Virus record (IMG/VR): IMGVR_UViG_2595698394_000001
Location: 81,866 to 145,865 of that record
Direction: 5' to 3' (one strand)
DNA from: a virus
Lineage: Duplodnaviria > Heunggongvirae > Uroviricota > Caudoviricetes
Length of the DNA: 64,000 bases
The notes below the pieces were generated by a model that saw only the letters and a program-made list of their open reading frames with translations, was not told where the DNA came from and did not search any database. This document shows positions 27,011 to 37,023 of this stretch, piece after piece (the first letter of the stretch is position 1; each line of letters opens with the position of its first letter). Both the position numbers and the translations under genes were made by a program.

Positions 27011-27511
27011 ATGAAATATTTTGAAGACTGCCAAACTTTAGACGCTGCAAAGACTGCATTTAAAAAACTTTGTTTTAAGTTACACCCAGATACTAGTGGT
27101 TTTGATTCGCAACAATTGTTTATTGATATGCAAAGGGAATTTAAGACCGTTAGTAATACCTTAAAATTTAAAACGGGTTTTGATACAGACAAAAATTTTA
27201 ACGCTGACAAATTTTACAATATTGTGAGAAAGTTTGACGGTTTAATAGATATTAATATAATGTTTATAGGTGATTTTATATGGCTTAATGATATTGTAGA
27301 GGGTGCAACAAAATCACAGAAAGAAACTATTAAAAGTATATTAATTGAAGGGTACAAAGATGTGTTTTGGCATCGTACTCAAAAGTGTTGGGTGTTTAGT
27401 CCCTTAAGTTATAAAGCAAAGTATAGCAAAAAAGGACAAAGTTTAAACGATATTAAACAAAAATATGGTAGTACAGAGTTTAAAAGCAAATCAGTAACTA
27501 GATTAAATTAA
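27011..27511 (+). CDS. J-domain (DnaJ-like) protein
   Basis: FKKLCFKLHPDTSG contains the HPD motif in a J-domain-like N-terminus. Confidence 0.5.
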   Translation: MKYFEDCQTLDAAKTAFKKLCFKLHPDTSGFDSQQLFIDMQREFKTVSNTLKFKTGFDTDKNFNADKFYNIVRKFDGLIDINIMFIGDFIWLNDIVEGATKSQKETIKSILIEGYKDVFWHRTQKCWVFSPLSYKAKYSKKGQSLNDIKQKYGSTEFKSKSVTRLN

Positions 27512-27573
27512 CAAATTATTAACAAATAGGTGTAATTAAATTACTAAATTGCACCTAATTAAAAAATTATATT

Positions 27574-27885
27574 ATGACTTTAATAGGATATTTAGCAGAA
27601 ACACCAATAAAAGAACTTTTAAGAGCGGTTAATAGTGACAAAGAATATTTATTTTTTGATATATCAGTCTTTAATGTAGGTACGGCAATAACTGTAAAAT
27701 GTACAGACACGTACAAAGAAATAAATCGTAATACTTGGAACGGTTACGATTTTATAATAGAGAATAATGAAACTACAAAAAACTTTATTGCAAATAGTTT
27801 ATTTGACAGATACAAAGAAGACAAAAAACAATTTACACCGAACCAATTAGCAAGAACTATAAAAGCAATTAAAAGCCATGCGTAA
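27574..27885 (+). CDS. Hypothetical protein (103 aa)
   Basis: ORF track. Confidence 0.45.
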   Translation: MTLIGYLAETPIKELLRAVNSDKEYLFFDISVFNVGTAITVKCTDTYKEINRNTWNGYDFIIENNETTKNFIANSLFDRYKEDKKQFTPNQLARTIKAIKSHA

Positions 27886-28014
27886 ACAGTTAAGAGAGTA
27901 CTTAAAACATGTATATACTTACAAAGAAGCCTATATAATTTTATCACTAGCATTTTTAGCCTTAATTTATACGGCTGCATTAATCAATTTAGCAATAGAA
28001 AAAATATAAATACC

Positions 28015-28224
28015 ATGCAAGCAATTAAAACACACTTACAAGCAATTAAAGAAGATACTTTAAATACTGAGACGTTAACGAATTTAATTATGGCTAGGCA
28101 AAATAAAACAGTTATCAATGGCATAGAAATAATTTTACCTATACAAGGCAATAAGATGACTTTTAAAGAACGATTAAGGGACGCAAAGAAACAAGCTGAA
28201 ACAATTGTTAAACTTTTAAATTAG
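28015..28224 (+). CDS. Hypothetical protein (69 aa)
   Basis: ORF track. Confidence 0.4.
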   Translation: MQAIKTHLQAIKEDTLNTETLTNLIMARQNKTVINGIEIILPIQGNKMTFKERLRDAKKQAETIVKLLN

Positions 28225-28228
28225 TACT

Positions 28229-28498
28229 ATGCAATCAATTGAAAAAATGTTAATTAGTAAGCTTATTGAGTCGGGTTTCAGTGAACCACAAGCAATTGAA
28301 GCGATAGAAACGCAAAGAGAGCCAATAAATAAGGATCTTAAAATACATGGTTTATCATTGAGCTCTTATGATTACGATACACTTATAAATAGCTTAATAT
28401 TTGAAACTATGAAACCACATATTTTAAATTATATTGATACCTATAAACCAAATGCATGGTTTAGAGCCTTATTCACCGCCACAAATTTAAAAAGATAA
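28229..28498 (+). CDS. Hypothetical protein (89 aa)
   Basis: ORF track. Confidence 0.45.
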   Translation: MQSIEKMLISKLIESGFSEPQAIEAIETQREPINKDLKIHGLSLSSYDYDTLINSLIFETMKPHILNYIDTYKPNAWFRALFTATNLKR

Positions 28499-28502
28499 GA
28501 TT

Positions 28503-28649
28503 ATGAGTAGTAAAAAGAAACTACAGATTGCAATAGGGGCACTAATAGTTACTATAGGCATAACATACCCCGAAAACGTCCCAAAGGAGTGTTTATATAT
28601 AGTGGGAATAGGGGTGCTTTTAATACTTGATGTAGTTTTAAGCGATTGA
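28503..28649 (+). CDS. Small 2-TM membrane protein (48 aa)
   Basis: Hand translation MSSKKKLQIAIGALIVTIGITYPENVPKECLYIVGIGVLLILDVVLSD; starts 2 nt after the upstream stop. Confidence 0.35.
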   Translation: MSSKKKLQIAIGALIVTIGITYPENVPKECLYIVGIGVLLILDVVLSD

Positions 28650-28974
28650 AAGAGAGAAAGACAATGAAGGGATACACTAAAAGCCCTTAATAAAGGTTTT
28701 AGCGTCTTAAATAATGGGGCGATATGTTACATAGTTATATACACAATAAACATACATAGAGCCTTTTTAAGAGTTCTTTGTTTTACTATAGGTATATTAT
28801 ATACTTATTATGATAAAAGTTATTAGGAAGGCTTATTTATCTTTATTAGGATGTTTAAACCTTTGCGCAAAAGTTTAATTATTAATAGATATAACATTTG
28901 TTAAAATTTAGTTAAAAGCAATTAAGAAACAATATTGTTTTAGTACATTTACAAAGCAATTAAAGAAGTATAAA

Positions 28975-29187
28975 ATGAAGTACAATTATATGTTATTAGG
29001 TAGGCTACAAATGGACTTGGATTATTATTTAGGTTTTGGAGGTAGAAACGAAAAACATTTATTTTATAGTAGTATAGAGGAACACATAAGAGAAACTATA
29101 AATTTATGGAAATTGTTACCTGTTAAGCCTGAATGGTTACGAGCTACAAAGTTAATTGAATATAAAAATAAAGCACTTAAAAACTAG
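28975..29187 (+). CDS. Hypothetical protein (70 aa)
   Basis: ORF track. Confidence 0.4.
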   Translation: MKYNYMLLGRLQMDLDYYLGFGGRNEKHLFYSSIEEHIRETINLWKLLPVKPEWLRATKLIEYKNKALKN

Positions 29188-29191
29188 TATT

Positions 29192-29377
29192 ATGACTATA
29201 GAGGTATCAGAAGAAACGTTTTACAAAGTATTTGATAAGCCTATTAAGATTGAGGTAGAAAGAAACGGAGTATTAGAAAAACATCATTATAATTGCAAAG
29301 AACAACGGGGTGTTAAAATATGGAACTTTGCAAGCTCAAAAAAGCATCAATACTATTTATTTGATATAAACTACTAA
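29192..29377 (+). CDS. Hypothetical protein (61 aa from the internal Met)
   Basis: ORF track 29156..29377 trimmed to the Met after the upstream stop. Confidence 0.35.
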   Translation: MTIEVSEETFYKVFDKPIKIEVERNGVLEKHHYNCKEQRGVKIWNFASSKKHQYYLFDINY

Positions 29378-29388
29378 AAACTATTTTT

Positions 29389-29748
29389 ATGTTATCATAT
29401 AGCACTATATTACAAGGGCATACAACCACAGAAGAAGCAGCAAAAGAATGGGCACAAGGTTTTGATTTCTCACAAGATGAGGTAGAAGAAAATAGCTACA
29501 GTCATTCTAGGTATATTGACACTATTAATAATATTGAAATTCATTATTGTTATGGTGCAGATTATTACTTTTTTTGTGATGCTGCCACGGAGGATAAAAA
29601 AATTAAAGACTTCAAAGAAGGTATTGAAGGTATTGAGTTTTTAAGAAATGCCGTTCAATGGTTTAATTACAGAGATGAACATTTAAATGCAGAGAAAACG
29701 CCTAAACAATTGTTAAACGAATATTTAGAAGAGGTCAATCATGGTTAA
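29389..29748 (+). CDS. Hypothetical protein (119 aa)
   Basis: ORF track. Confidence 0.5.
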   Translation: MLSYSTILQGHTTTEEAAKEWAQGFDFSQDEVEENSYSHSRYIDTINNIEIHYCYGADYYFFCDAATEDKKIKDFKEGIEGIEFLRNAVQWFNYRDEHLNAEKTPKQLLNEYLEEVNHG

Positions 29749-30001
29749 ACTAAACTATAATAAATTAATAGCGTTAAAACCAACTGTTTTAACTACTATA
29801 AAAAATCAAATTGGGCAAACAATAGAAATTGTAGAGCACCCAACAAAAGGAGATTCTAGCCCAACAATTGCAATATTTCACGAAGAAAAAGAAGCTGTTT
29901 TAACTGATTTTTTTGATACTGAGGACTTATACGAAGGTAGCGACTACAACCCTGTATATATGAACGGGAAAATTAATTTAGCTTACGAACTAGGACTTTA
30001 A
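29741..30001 (+). CDS. Hypothetical protein (86 aa)
   Basis: ORF track. Confidence 0.45.
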   Translation: MVKLNYNKLIALKPTVLTTIKNQIGQTIEIVEHPTKGDSSPTIAIFHEEKEAVLTDFFDTEDLYEGSDYNPVYMNGKINLAYELGL

Positions 30002-30012
30002 AAATTAATAGA

Positions 30013-30540
30013 ATGAACTTAGAAGAAATTAGAACGGCATTAAAAGAAGGTAAAACAGTATACTGGCATAATAGCAATTATAAGGTAGTCGAAGACAATA
30101 ACAATAAACTATTTATTACATGCTTATTAAATAGTAATATTGTGTTATTAGATGAAGGTGGTGAAAATTTCTTCTTTGATTTATTTGAACACTATGAAAA
30201 TCAGCCTAAAAACTTAGAAGGGATACTACTAAAGTGGTCCGAAAAAATTGATGAGGGGTTAAATTATTTTGAAAATGAAGAACTCTTAAAAGAAGTTAAA
30301 GACATAGGTTATACTTTTAATTATCAATTAAATAGCGAGCCTTTTAATTTGCGCTTAATGGTAGAAGAAGAAAGAAATGAGCATATTAATAAGCATGGGT
30401 TAAATTTTGATTTATACTTGTTAAGTGATACAGTTATAAAAACAGAAGAAAATATATACAAGAATCAGGAAACCCAATATAAAAAAAGCTTTACTAAGAA
30501 AGATCTTAAAAAGTGGTATTTTAGAGAATACTCAAATTAA
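30013..30540 (+). CDS. Hypothetical protein (175 aa)
   Basis: ORF track. Confidence 0.5.
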   Translation: MNLEEIRTALKEGKTVYWHNSNYKVVEDNNNKLFITCLLNSNIVLLDEGGENFFFDLFEHYENQPKNLEGILLKWSEKIDEGLNYFENEELLKEVKDIGYTFNYQLNSEPFNLRLMVEEERNEHINKHGLNFDLYLLSDTVIKTEENIYKNQETQYKKSFTKKDLKKWYFREYSN

Positions 30541-30616
30541 TAAATTTTTTAACAATTAGTTAACAAAAAATAGGAACTAAAGCACTATCTTTACACCAAG
30601 CAAAAACAAAAATATT

Positions 30617-31276
30617 ATGGTAAATACAACAGAGTTAAGAGACACTAAAACAATTAGAGAAGATATAAGAGTACTACTAAAAGACTACAATAAATTAAAC
30701 CTAATAAATGGCGAAGACTACCAAGCATTAAAAAAAGAGTTGGACTATACTATAAAGGAGTTAAAGAACAACGAAATGTATTTATTTATTGAAGCTCAAA
30801 ACATAACACATAAAAGGCTAAACAAAGTAATTCCAAATGCTTTAATTCTTATTAAAAATATAATAGGGGAAAAGTATTTAAATATGGATAACAGCATAAA
30901 CCATAAGTATAAAAATTACTTTGATTCTGTAGAGCAAGAAGAGAAAAAAGAGCTTAAAAATTATACTTACAGAATAACAACAAGAACAAGAGTTGTGCAT
31001 AATAATTTTGTTATTGATGTTAGTATAAGAGTATGGAATAAAAACGGAAGCGCAGATTATTCGAATGTAAAGTATTTAGCAACATTTGAAAATGGCACAA
31101 GTTTTAAAGATTTGTATGGTTTTGACGAAGAATTTAATACATACAATTTAAAAGCAGAAGTAAAAAAGATGCATAAATACGAGCAACTAAAAAAGGAATT
31201 GGAAGAAACAAGACTAAAACTAAATACTAGTTTTACGGAAAAATTTTTGTACGGATACAGAAAAGACTCATACTAA
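30617..31276 (+). CDS. Hypothetical protein (219 aa)
   Basis: ORF track. Confidence 0.5.
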   Translation: MVNTTELRDTKTIREDIRVLLKDYNKLNLINGEDYQALKKELDYTIKELKNNEMYLFIEAQNITHKRLNKVIPNALILIKNIIGEKYLNMDNSINHKYKNYFDSVEQEEKKELKNYTYRITTRTRVVHNNFVIDVSIRVWNKNGSADYSNVKYLATFENGTSFKDLYGFDEEFNTYNLKAEVKKMHKYEQLKKELEETRLKLNTSFTEKFLYGYRKDSY

Positions 31277-31318
31277 TAAAACAATCAATAATATTTACCC
31301 TTTTAAATATATAAAAAA

Positions 31319-33439
31319 ATGGATACATTCAACAAATATTTCAAGATATCAAAAGAAGTTTATACCAAAGAATTAACAATTGAAGAATATTTTAAAAACC
31401 TGCAAATAATAAAGGATGCAGAGGAAGAAATTAAAGCAGAGTTAAAAAGTAAAACTGTAAAGGTTTTAAAAAGTGTTAACTACCAGTTGGGGAATTGGTC
31501 AGACAACAGAGATAAAAAAGCCGACTTAATAAACAAAGCTTTTAAAGCCTTAATAGAATACTTTTATTTAAATAGAAATATCAGTTATTTTGTAGGGGAA
31601 GAAACACACCAAAGCGCACAAGACAAGTTAATACAAGGTACAACAGCCGAAACGCTAGAGAGCTTCTACAAAGAAAGAAGAGAAAAAAAAGAAGCTATTA
31701 AAAAATCGATTGAAAACCCTCAAACAATAGCAGAGTTTAACAAGTTTATTGAAATAGAAGGAAAAGAAAAACTAACTGCGGAGCAGCTAACACAGTACGA
31801 AAAACTTTTAGCCGATGTAGCACTAGAAAGGCAACAAAGAGCCAAGGAACAGGAAGCAAAAATTACTAAAATAGAGAATGCAAATGTAGAGTTTGCACTA
31901 CATGAAACAAAACATAGTAAGACAGGCGAAGATATTTTTACAGTCTTAATGATTAATAGAGTTGAACGAGAAGAGTTTAACACGCTCAAAACAAAAGCTA
32001 AAAAAATAGGAGGTTACTATTCAAGATTTACAAATCTAAGAGCAGAGCCACCAATTAAAGCAGGTTTTAACTTTGAGACTTTAGAAGACGCTCAAAAATT
32101 TATGTCTTTAAAAGAAGGAGAACAAGACACAACCGAAAAGACAGAAGCGAAAGAAGAGGAGAAGCAGCAAACAGCAGGAGAAAGAATGAAGGAAAGAGCT
32201 GAGAAAATGATTTCAAAGGCTGAGGAGAGTTTAAACCAAGAAAGAAGAACTAACACCCACCGCCAAGCAGGGCAAGCAGCAAGCGCAGAAGATAAAGCAA
32301 GAAAGGAAATAATCTTTGCAAAGAAATTGATTAAAATTGCTGAAGGTTTTGATAATGGAACTATCAAATACTTACATGCATTAAGAAACGGCAAGCAGTT
32401 GGAACAGTTAGAGAGTATTTTAAAGTATGGGAAGTATAACAGAATACACGAAATGAAGTTAACACATACACAGCGTTTAAATGAAGAGGCAGAAAGTAAG
32501 CCTTTAGAAGATGTAAATTATATAAAATACCCTTTTCCTGTTTTTTACATTGAAATGATAAAGAGTATTTTATTACCTTATTCTGATACAAAAGGAATGA
32601 AACAAGCAGTTAACAAAATATTAAAAAACTACTCTAATCTACCTAAAGACCAAAACGATAAAATAGTATTAAAAGGGGATTATATAATACAACTATTTAA
32701 GGAGACAGCAAATAAAATTCCAGACCAGTGGGAAAAAGAGAGAATTTTAACACCAATTAAGGACTACGAAAGAGTACAAAAAATGGGGTTAACTAATGAA
32801 GCGCTTTTAAAAACTGCATTAAGAGAATTAATACAACTAAGTGAAGGAACAAAATTAAGCCAAGAAGAGAAAGAAAAAATAAAATTAAAAGAGCTCGAAA
32901 GGTCATTTATAGGGAAGAAAATAGAGGGCTTTTTCCCTACTCCAGAGCCTTTAATTAATAGAATGTTTTCAATGGGAAAAGTTTTCGAGGGGGAAACAGT
33001 AAGAGAGCCGAGTGCAGGACTAGGACACATAGCCGAAGCAATTAAAAACAAGTACCCAAAAAATAAATTAATTGTAAACGAGTACAACAGCAGTTTGTCT
33101 GATGTGTTAAAATTAAAAGGTTTTGAAGTTTCAGAAAATTTTAACTTTCTACACGAGACAGAAAAAACGGATGTTATTTTTATGAATCCTCCTTTTGAGA
33201 AGCATCAAGATATAGAGCACGTAAACCATGCTTTTAACTTATTGAATCCTGGTGGTCGATTGGTTGCTATAATGGCAGGAAATAAGTACGAAGAGAGTAA
33301 GAACAAAAAAATAACTGATTTCTTAGAAATGGTTAAAAAGTATGGATATAGCCAACAAAATGAAGAGGGCAGTTTTAAAAGTGCTTTTAATAGTACTAAT
33401 GTAAATACTATTACTGTATACTTAGAGAGACCACTTTAA
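31319..33439 (+). CDS. 706-aa protein: long charged/coiled-coil N-terminal region fused to a C-terminal N6-adenine DNA methyltransferase domain
   Basis: Motif I-like EPSAGLGHIAEAI and motif IV VIFMNPPF (NPPF) in the last ~150 aa. Confidence 0.6.
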   Translation: MDTFNKYFKISKEVYTKELTIEEYFKNLQIIKDAEEEIKAELKSKTVKVLKSVNYQLGNWSDNRDKKADLINKAFKALIEYFYLNRNISYFVGEETHQSAQDKLIQGTTAETLESFYKERREKKEAIKKSIENPQTIAEFNKFIEIEGKEKLTAEQLTQYEKLLADVALERQQRAKEQEAKITKIENANVEFALHETKHSKTGEDIFTVLMINRVEREEFNTLKTKAKKIGGYYSRFTNLRAEPPIKAGFNFETLEDAQKFMSLKEGEQDTTEKTEAKEEEKQQTAGERMKERAEKMISKAEESLNQERRTNTHRQAGQAASAEDKARKEIIFAKKLIKIAEGFDNGTIKYLHALRNGKQLEQLESILKYGKYNRIHEMKLTHTQRLNEEAESKPLEDVNYIKYPFPVFYIEMIKSILLPYSDTKGMKQAVNKILKNYSNLPKDQNDKIVLKGDYIIQLFKETANKIPDQWEKERILTPIKDYERVQKMGLTNEALLKTALRELIQLSEGTKLSQEEKEKIKLKELERSFIGKKIEGFFPTPEPLINRMFSMGKVFEGETVREPSAGLGHIAEAIKNKYPKNKLIVNEYNSSLSDVLKLKGFEVSENFNFLHETEKTDVIFMNPPFEKHQDIEHVNHAFNLLNPGGRLVAIMAGNKYEESKNKKITDFLEMVKKYGYSQQNEEGSFKSAFNSTNVNTITVYLERPL

Positions 33440-33597
33440 ATAATTAGTATGATAACATTAACAGCTAAAAGAGAAGGTACTAGCGTAGCTGTATACAACA
33501 GTAAAGGGGAATTTAAAGGTAGATTCCCCAATACGGGATATAGACCAACAAAGGCAACTAAAACAATTATATTAAACTGTTTCAAATTTAAATTAGA

Positions 33598-34278
33598 ATG
33601 GAAAAAAGAAAATTATATTTATTGATTGCAAAAGCTTTAGACGATGTAAATAACTCATTAGCTCACCTTCGTAGTATTTGGGAAGATAACGAAGAAGCAG
33701 AAGAAATTTTAAACAATGATGAGTATCCTTTTGCTGGGGACTTAGGGGATAACTGTATTTTTTCAGACTATGCAGAAACTTGTTTAAAGCTACTTATTGA
33801 GAGAGAGGAAAAAAGATTTAAAGTACTAAACAAGTATGAATACAAATTATCAACTGGTACAATTTGGGGTTCTTTTGACCACGGGGAAGTGATCGCAGAA
33901 AATGAAGAAGAAGCAATAAAAAAAGCTAAAAAAGAACTTACAGAAAACCTAGAAAAAATTAATCTAGCTATGAAACATTGCGATATAACAAGCGGTTTTG
34001 TTTTAGATATGAATATTGATAGTTTAGAATTTGAGTTTATAGGAGTAAGTTCAGTAGAAGGAAAAGGTAAAACAGTAAAAAAGCTAAATCGTTTAGTTAA
34101 AGCCCTTAATACAGAGCGAATACCTTTTACATTGATAAGGGAACAAGAACAATTTAGAATAAATATCGATAATAGTCCTACTGTATATTTTATAATTAAC
34201 AGCAAAGGTTATTTTACTTATGATAGTATTAGTATTACTATTATGGATATAAAAAAATTTGCACAAGAGCATAAATAA
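33598..34278 (+). CDS. Hypothetical protein (226 aa)
   Basis: ORF track. Confidence 0.5.
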   Translation: MEKRKLYLLIAKALDDVNNSLAHLRSIWEDNEEAEEILNNDEYPFAGDLGDNCIFSDYAETCLKLLIEREEKRFKVLNKYEYKLSTGTIWGSFDHGEVIAENEEEAIKKAKKELTENLEKINLAMKHCDITSGFVLDMNIDSLEFEFIGVSSVEGKGKTVKKLNRLVKALNTERIPFTLIREQEQFRINIDNSPTVYFIINSKGYFTYDSISITIMDIKKFAQEHK

Positions 34279-34445
34279 ATTAGGTTTTTAAAAAAGTTAT
34301 TACTATCTTTGGAGTCGATAAGTACATTATGTTAACTTAACAGAGTGTTAACCTTAAAAATTTTAATTATGAAGTAGCAATGAAGGTGGCGACCAAGGAC
34401 GCATGTATTATAAATTTAAATAAATAAGATCTAAACATTTAAAAA

Positions 34446-34478
34446 ACTCCTATAACTTGTGTATAGGAGTTTTTTTTA
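34446..34478 (+). terminator. Rho-independent terminator
   Basis: actcctata-cttgtg-tataggagt + TTTTTTTT. Confidence 0.65.
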
Positions 34479-34487
34479 TGCCTTAAA

Positions 34488-34552
34488 AATAAAAGTTAAA
34501 ACTTTGTTAACTGCACCTCAAAATCAAGTACAATAAACTATCTTTGGTGTAA
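34488..34552 (+). promoter_or_regulatory. ~60-nt repeated intergenic element containing aaactTTGttaa and TAtcTTTG (copy 1)
   Basis: Near-identical element at 36940-37000 (gtacaataNactatctttgNgtNtaag). Confidence 0.45.
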
Positions 34553-34699
34553 GTAAAATAATAGGATTATGAAAAATGGACTCAGCTAAAAAATGGTTTG
34601 ATAGATTTAATTAATGCTAACGGATTTATTAAAACGAGGTTTGAAACCTCAAAAAGGAAGGTATAACCATTTTTTTAAAAATCAAATAAATTAAACAAT

Positions 34700-34963
34700 A
34701 TGAAAAAACATTTTCTAATAACAGACAACGACAGCAATTTAGGGGTATTTGAATACTCAACAAACGAAGAAGCCGACAGATTAATAATGCAAATAGTTTG
34801 TGAGTATTACTGTACTGAGGATTGCCATTTAGATCACGGTTTTAAAATTGAAAATTGTAGTTTTAAATACTTTAGAATGACAGGGCAAATGTTAGATAAT
34901 GGCGAAGACACAAACTACGAAATTTACATTGAACAAATAGGAGTATACTCAACTAAAAAATAA
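34700..34963 (+). CDS. Hypothetical protein (87 aa)
   Basis: ORF track. Confidence 0.45.
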   Translation: MKKHFLITDNDSNLGVFEYSTNEEADRLIMQIVCEYYCTEDCHLDHGFKIENCSFKYFRMTGQMLDNGEDTNYEIYIEQIGVYSTKK

Positions 34964-34974
34964 AACATAGACAC

Positions 34975-35397
34975 ATGGTAAGAAAATATAGAAGTAAGGA
35001 AGAGTTAAAAAGTTATTTCGGGAGAACTTTATTTTTCGTTATGACAACCTTAAAAGAAGGCTACATAACTACAGTGATAAATACAAGAGAAGTGTACAAT
35101 CCTCTAGACTTTAAAAGACTCCATAGGAGTACACCTTGTGAAGGCTGTGATATTGTAATAGGGCATAATTCAACTAATAGTGACTATATCTACGATATAA
35201 ATAAAGAAGCTAACCACAATATTGGGAGCTTTTCACTTCATAGGTATAACGAAATAAACTATTTTAACTACTGTGAAGAGAACCAAGTCGAAGAGGTTAA
35301 AGCAATGTATTTAGAAGCTATTAAAAAGGATGTTTCAGGGCTTATATTAGAATTAAAAGAAGAGATAAGCACGTTAGAAAAAATAGTAATCAACTAA
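34975..35397 (+). CDS. Hypothetical protein (140 aa)
   Basis: ORF track. Confidence 0.5.
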   Translation: MVRKYRSKEELKSYFGRTLFFVMTTLKEGYITTVINTREVYNPLDFKRLHRSTPCEGCDIVIGHNSTNSDYIYDINKEANHNIGSFSLHRYNEINYFNYCEENQVEEVKAMYLEAIKKDVSGLILELKEEISTLEKIVIN

Positions 35398-35408
35398 AAA
35401 ATATAAAA

Positions 35409-35597
35409 ATGAAAAAGGCAAACAAAATAATGGCAAGAATAGGTTTTGAAGATGTAATACTCCCGATAGAGGACGTAGAAAAAAGCTTATCTGTAGTAGA
35501 TGAAAAAGGAGATACTTTTGGAGGAACATACCTAATAGGTTATGAAGACGAAGACGGAGAAGAGTGCGAAGAGGATGGAACTTACTTAAATCAATAA
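35409..35597 (+). CDS. Small acidic protein (62 aa)
   Basis: ORF track. Confidence 0.4.
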   Translation: MKKANKIMARIGFEDVILPIEDVEKSLSVVDEKGDTFGGTYLIGYEDEDGEECEEDGTYLNQ

Positions 35598-35624
35598 TCA
35601 AAAGACAAAATAAATACTAAAGAA

Positions 35625-36230
35625 ATGAGCACTTCACAAACAAATTGGACAAACGCTAGTACTAGTAAAATAGAAATATTAGAGGGATTAAAAAATGCTT
35701 TATTAACAGGTAAGAATGCTTGGATAGAGATAAGAAATAATATTTATGGAGAAGGAAAAGAGGGGTGCAAGTTTCCTTTAACAACTAAAAATAGTGGGTT
35801 AAATAATCCTTTTAATTGGACAATGGCATACGGAACTATATTTTCTAAGGATTACCCAAGCAAGTTTCACAATGATACAGAAAAAGATCTACACCTAAAT
35901 TGGACTGTCTTATTCTCGACTAAAGAAGCAAGAGAGATATATATAAAAGAAGGTAGAGTCATAGAAGGTTTAAATAACGGTATGGGTGTATGTACTCCAG
36001 TTAAAATAGCAGACGCTGATAAAACTAGAAAGGATGGATACAAACATAGTCCAAGAACTATAGTTTGGAAGGCTTTAGATTCAGCTTATAGGGTACCTGA
36101 TGGGAGTATTAAAAAAGTTTTTGTTGTTGTTACAGAAGGAAGCTTAGAAGGGTACGAAGATGAAATTTTAGACAAAATTGGCAATGCTACTGTATTTTTA
36201 AAAAATAATAAACTAGAAAATGGCAACTAA
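35625..36230 (+). CDS. Hypothetical protein (201 aa)
   Basis: ORF track. Confidence 0.5.
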   Translation: MSTSQTNWTNASTSKIEILEGLKNALLTGKNAWIEIRNNIYGEGKEGCKFPLTTKNSGLNNPFNWTMAYGTIFSKDYPSKFHNDTEKDLHLNWTVLFSTKEAREIYIKEGRVIEGLNNGMGVCTPVKIADADKTRKDGYKHSPRTIVWKALDSAYRVPDGSIKKVFVVVTEGSLEGYEDEILDKIGNATVFLKNNKLENGN

Positions 36231-36939
36231 AAAAGCAAAAATAGCAATGTTACCTACAGAAGACCTTTATGAAGGTGTTATACTGTTAAGACATATATGG
36301 AAAGGTCACCGATTAGAATGTAGAAGTTTATGGCAATACAAAGATACTGAAGTTATTGGTGGAGTAACACAATACACCACATTAAATGGCAGTTTTAGAG
36401 ACCAAACTGAATGTTTTGAACCTCAACATCTATATTTAACTGTAGACGAGAAGCCTAGAAGTGGAGATTGGTTTGTATTAGAGGGTAAAGAAGTGTTTAA
36501 GGCTTATAACAGCACTAACTCTGGTATATGGTTTAGAAGAGATGGAAAAAGTGGTTATGAAGCAAGTATTAAGGACTGTCGTAAAATAGTAGCTACAACT
36601 GATACATCATTAAGATTTGGGCATGATGATACAGTACCTTACCCAAAAAGAAAGACATTACCATCACCATCACAAGCATTTATCAAGAAGTATTGTGACT
36701 TAGGTGGTATTGATGAGGTGCTGATTGAGTATACATTAAAAGGTCATCCAAGTATACCTTCTAAGCATTGGGATATAATACCTAAAGTAGATTCTCATAA
36801 CACTATTACAATTAAACCTTTTAAAGATAGTTGGAGTAAAGAAGAGGTAACAAAAGTATTACTAGAGTACTCTAAAGAACAGTATGGTACTGCGAAAAAT
36901 AGTAAGTATGTGCTAGATTGGGTTGAAGAGAATTTATAG
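36220..36939 (+). CDS. Hypothetical protein (239 aa); paralog of 48791..49573
   Basis: Shares ATTDTSL...LPSPSQAFIKKYC(D/E)LGGIDEVL(I/V)EY...NTITIK with the 48.8 kb gene. Confidence 0.55.
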   Translation: MATKKAKIAMLPTEDLYEGVILLRHIWKGHRLECRSLWQYKDTEVIGGVTQYTTLNGSFRDQTECFEPQHLYLTVDEKPRSGDWFVLEGKEVFKAYNSTNSGIWFRRDGKSGYEASIKDCRKIVATTDTSLRFGHDDTVPYPKRKTLPSPSQAFIKKYCDLGGIDEVLIEYTLKGHPSIPSKHWDIIPKVDSHNTITIKPFKDSWSKEEVTKVLLEYSKEQYGTAKNSKYVLDWVEENL

Positions 36940-37000
36940 TTAAAACTTTGTTAAACGGAGTTTAAAAGTGAGTACAATACACTATCTTTGAGTAAGCAAA
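36940..37000 (+). promoter_or_regulatory. Repeated intergenic promoter-like element (copy 2)
   Basis: Matches 34488-34552. Confidence 0.45.
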
Positions 37001-37023
37001 ACATTAACAGTAGATAAATAATC

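Noticed and set aside
31720-33087. Minus-strand ORFs inside the methyltransferase gene
   Set aside because: They are antisense to a 706-aa gene that has clear MTase motifs.
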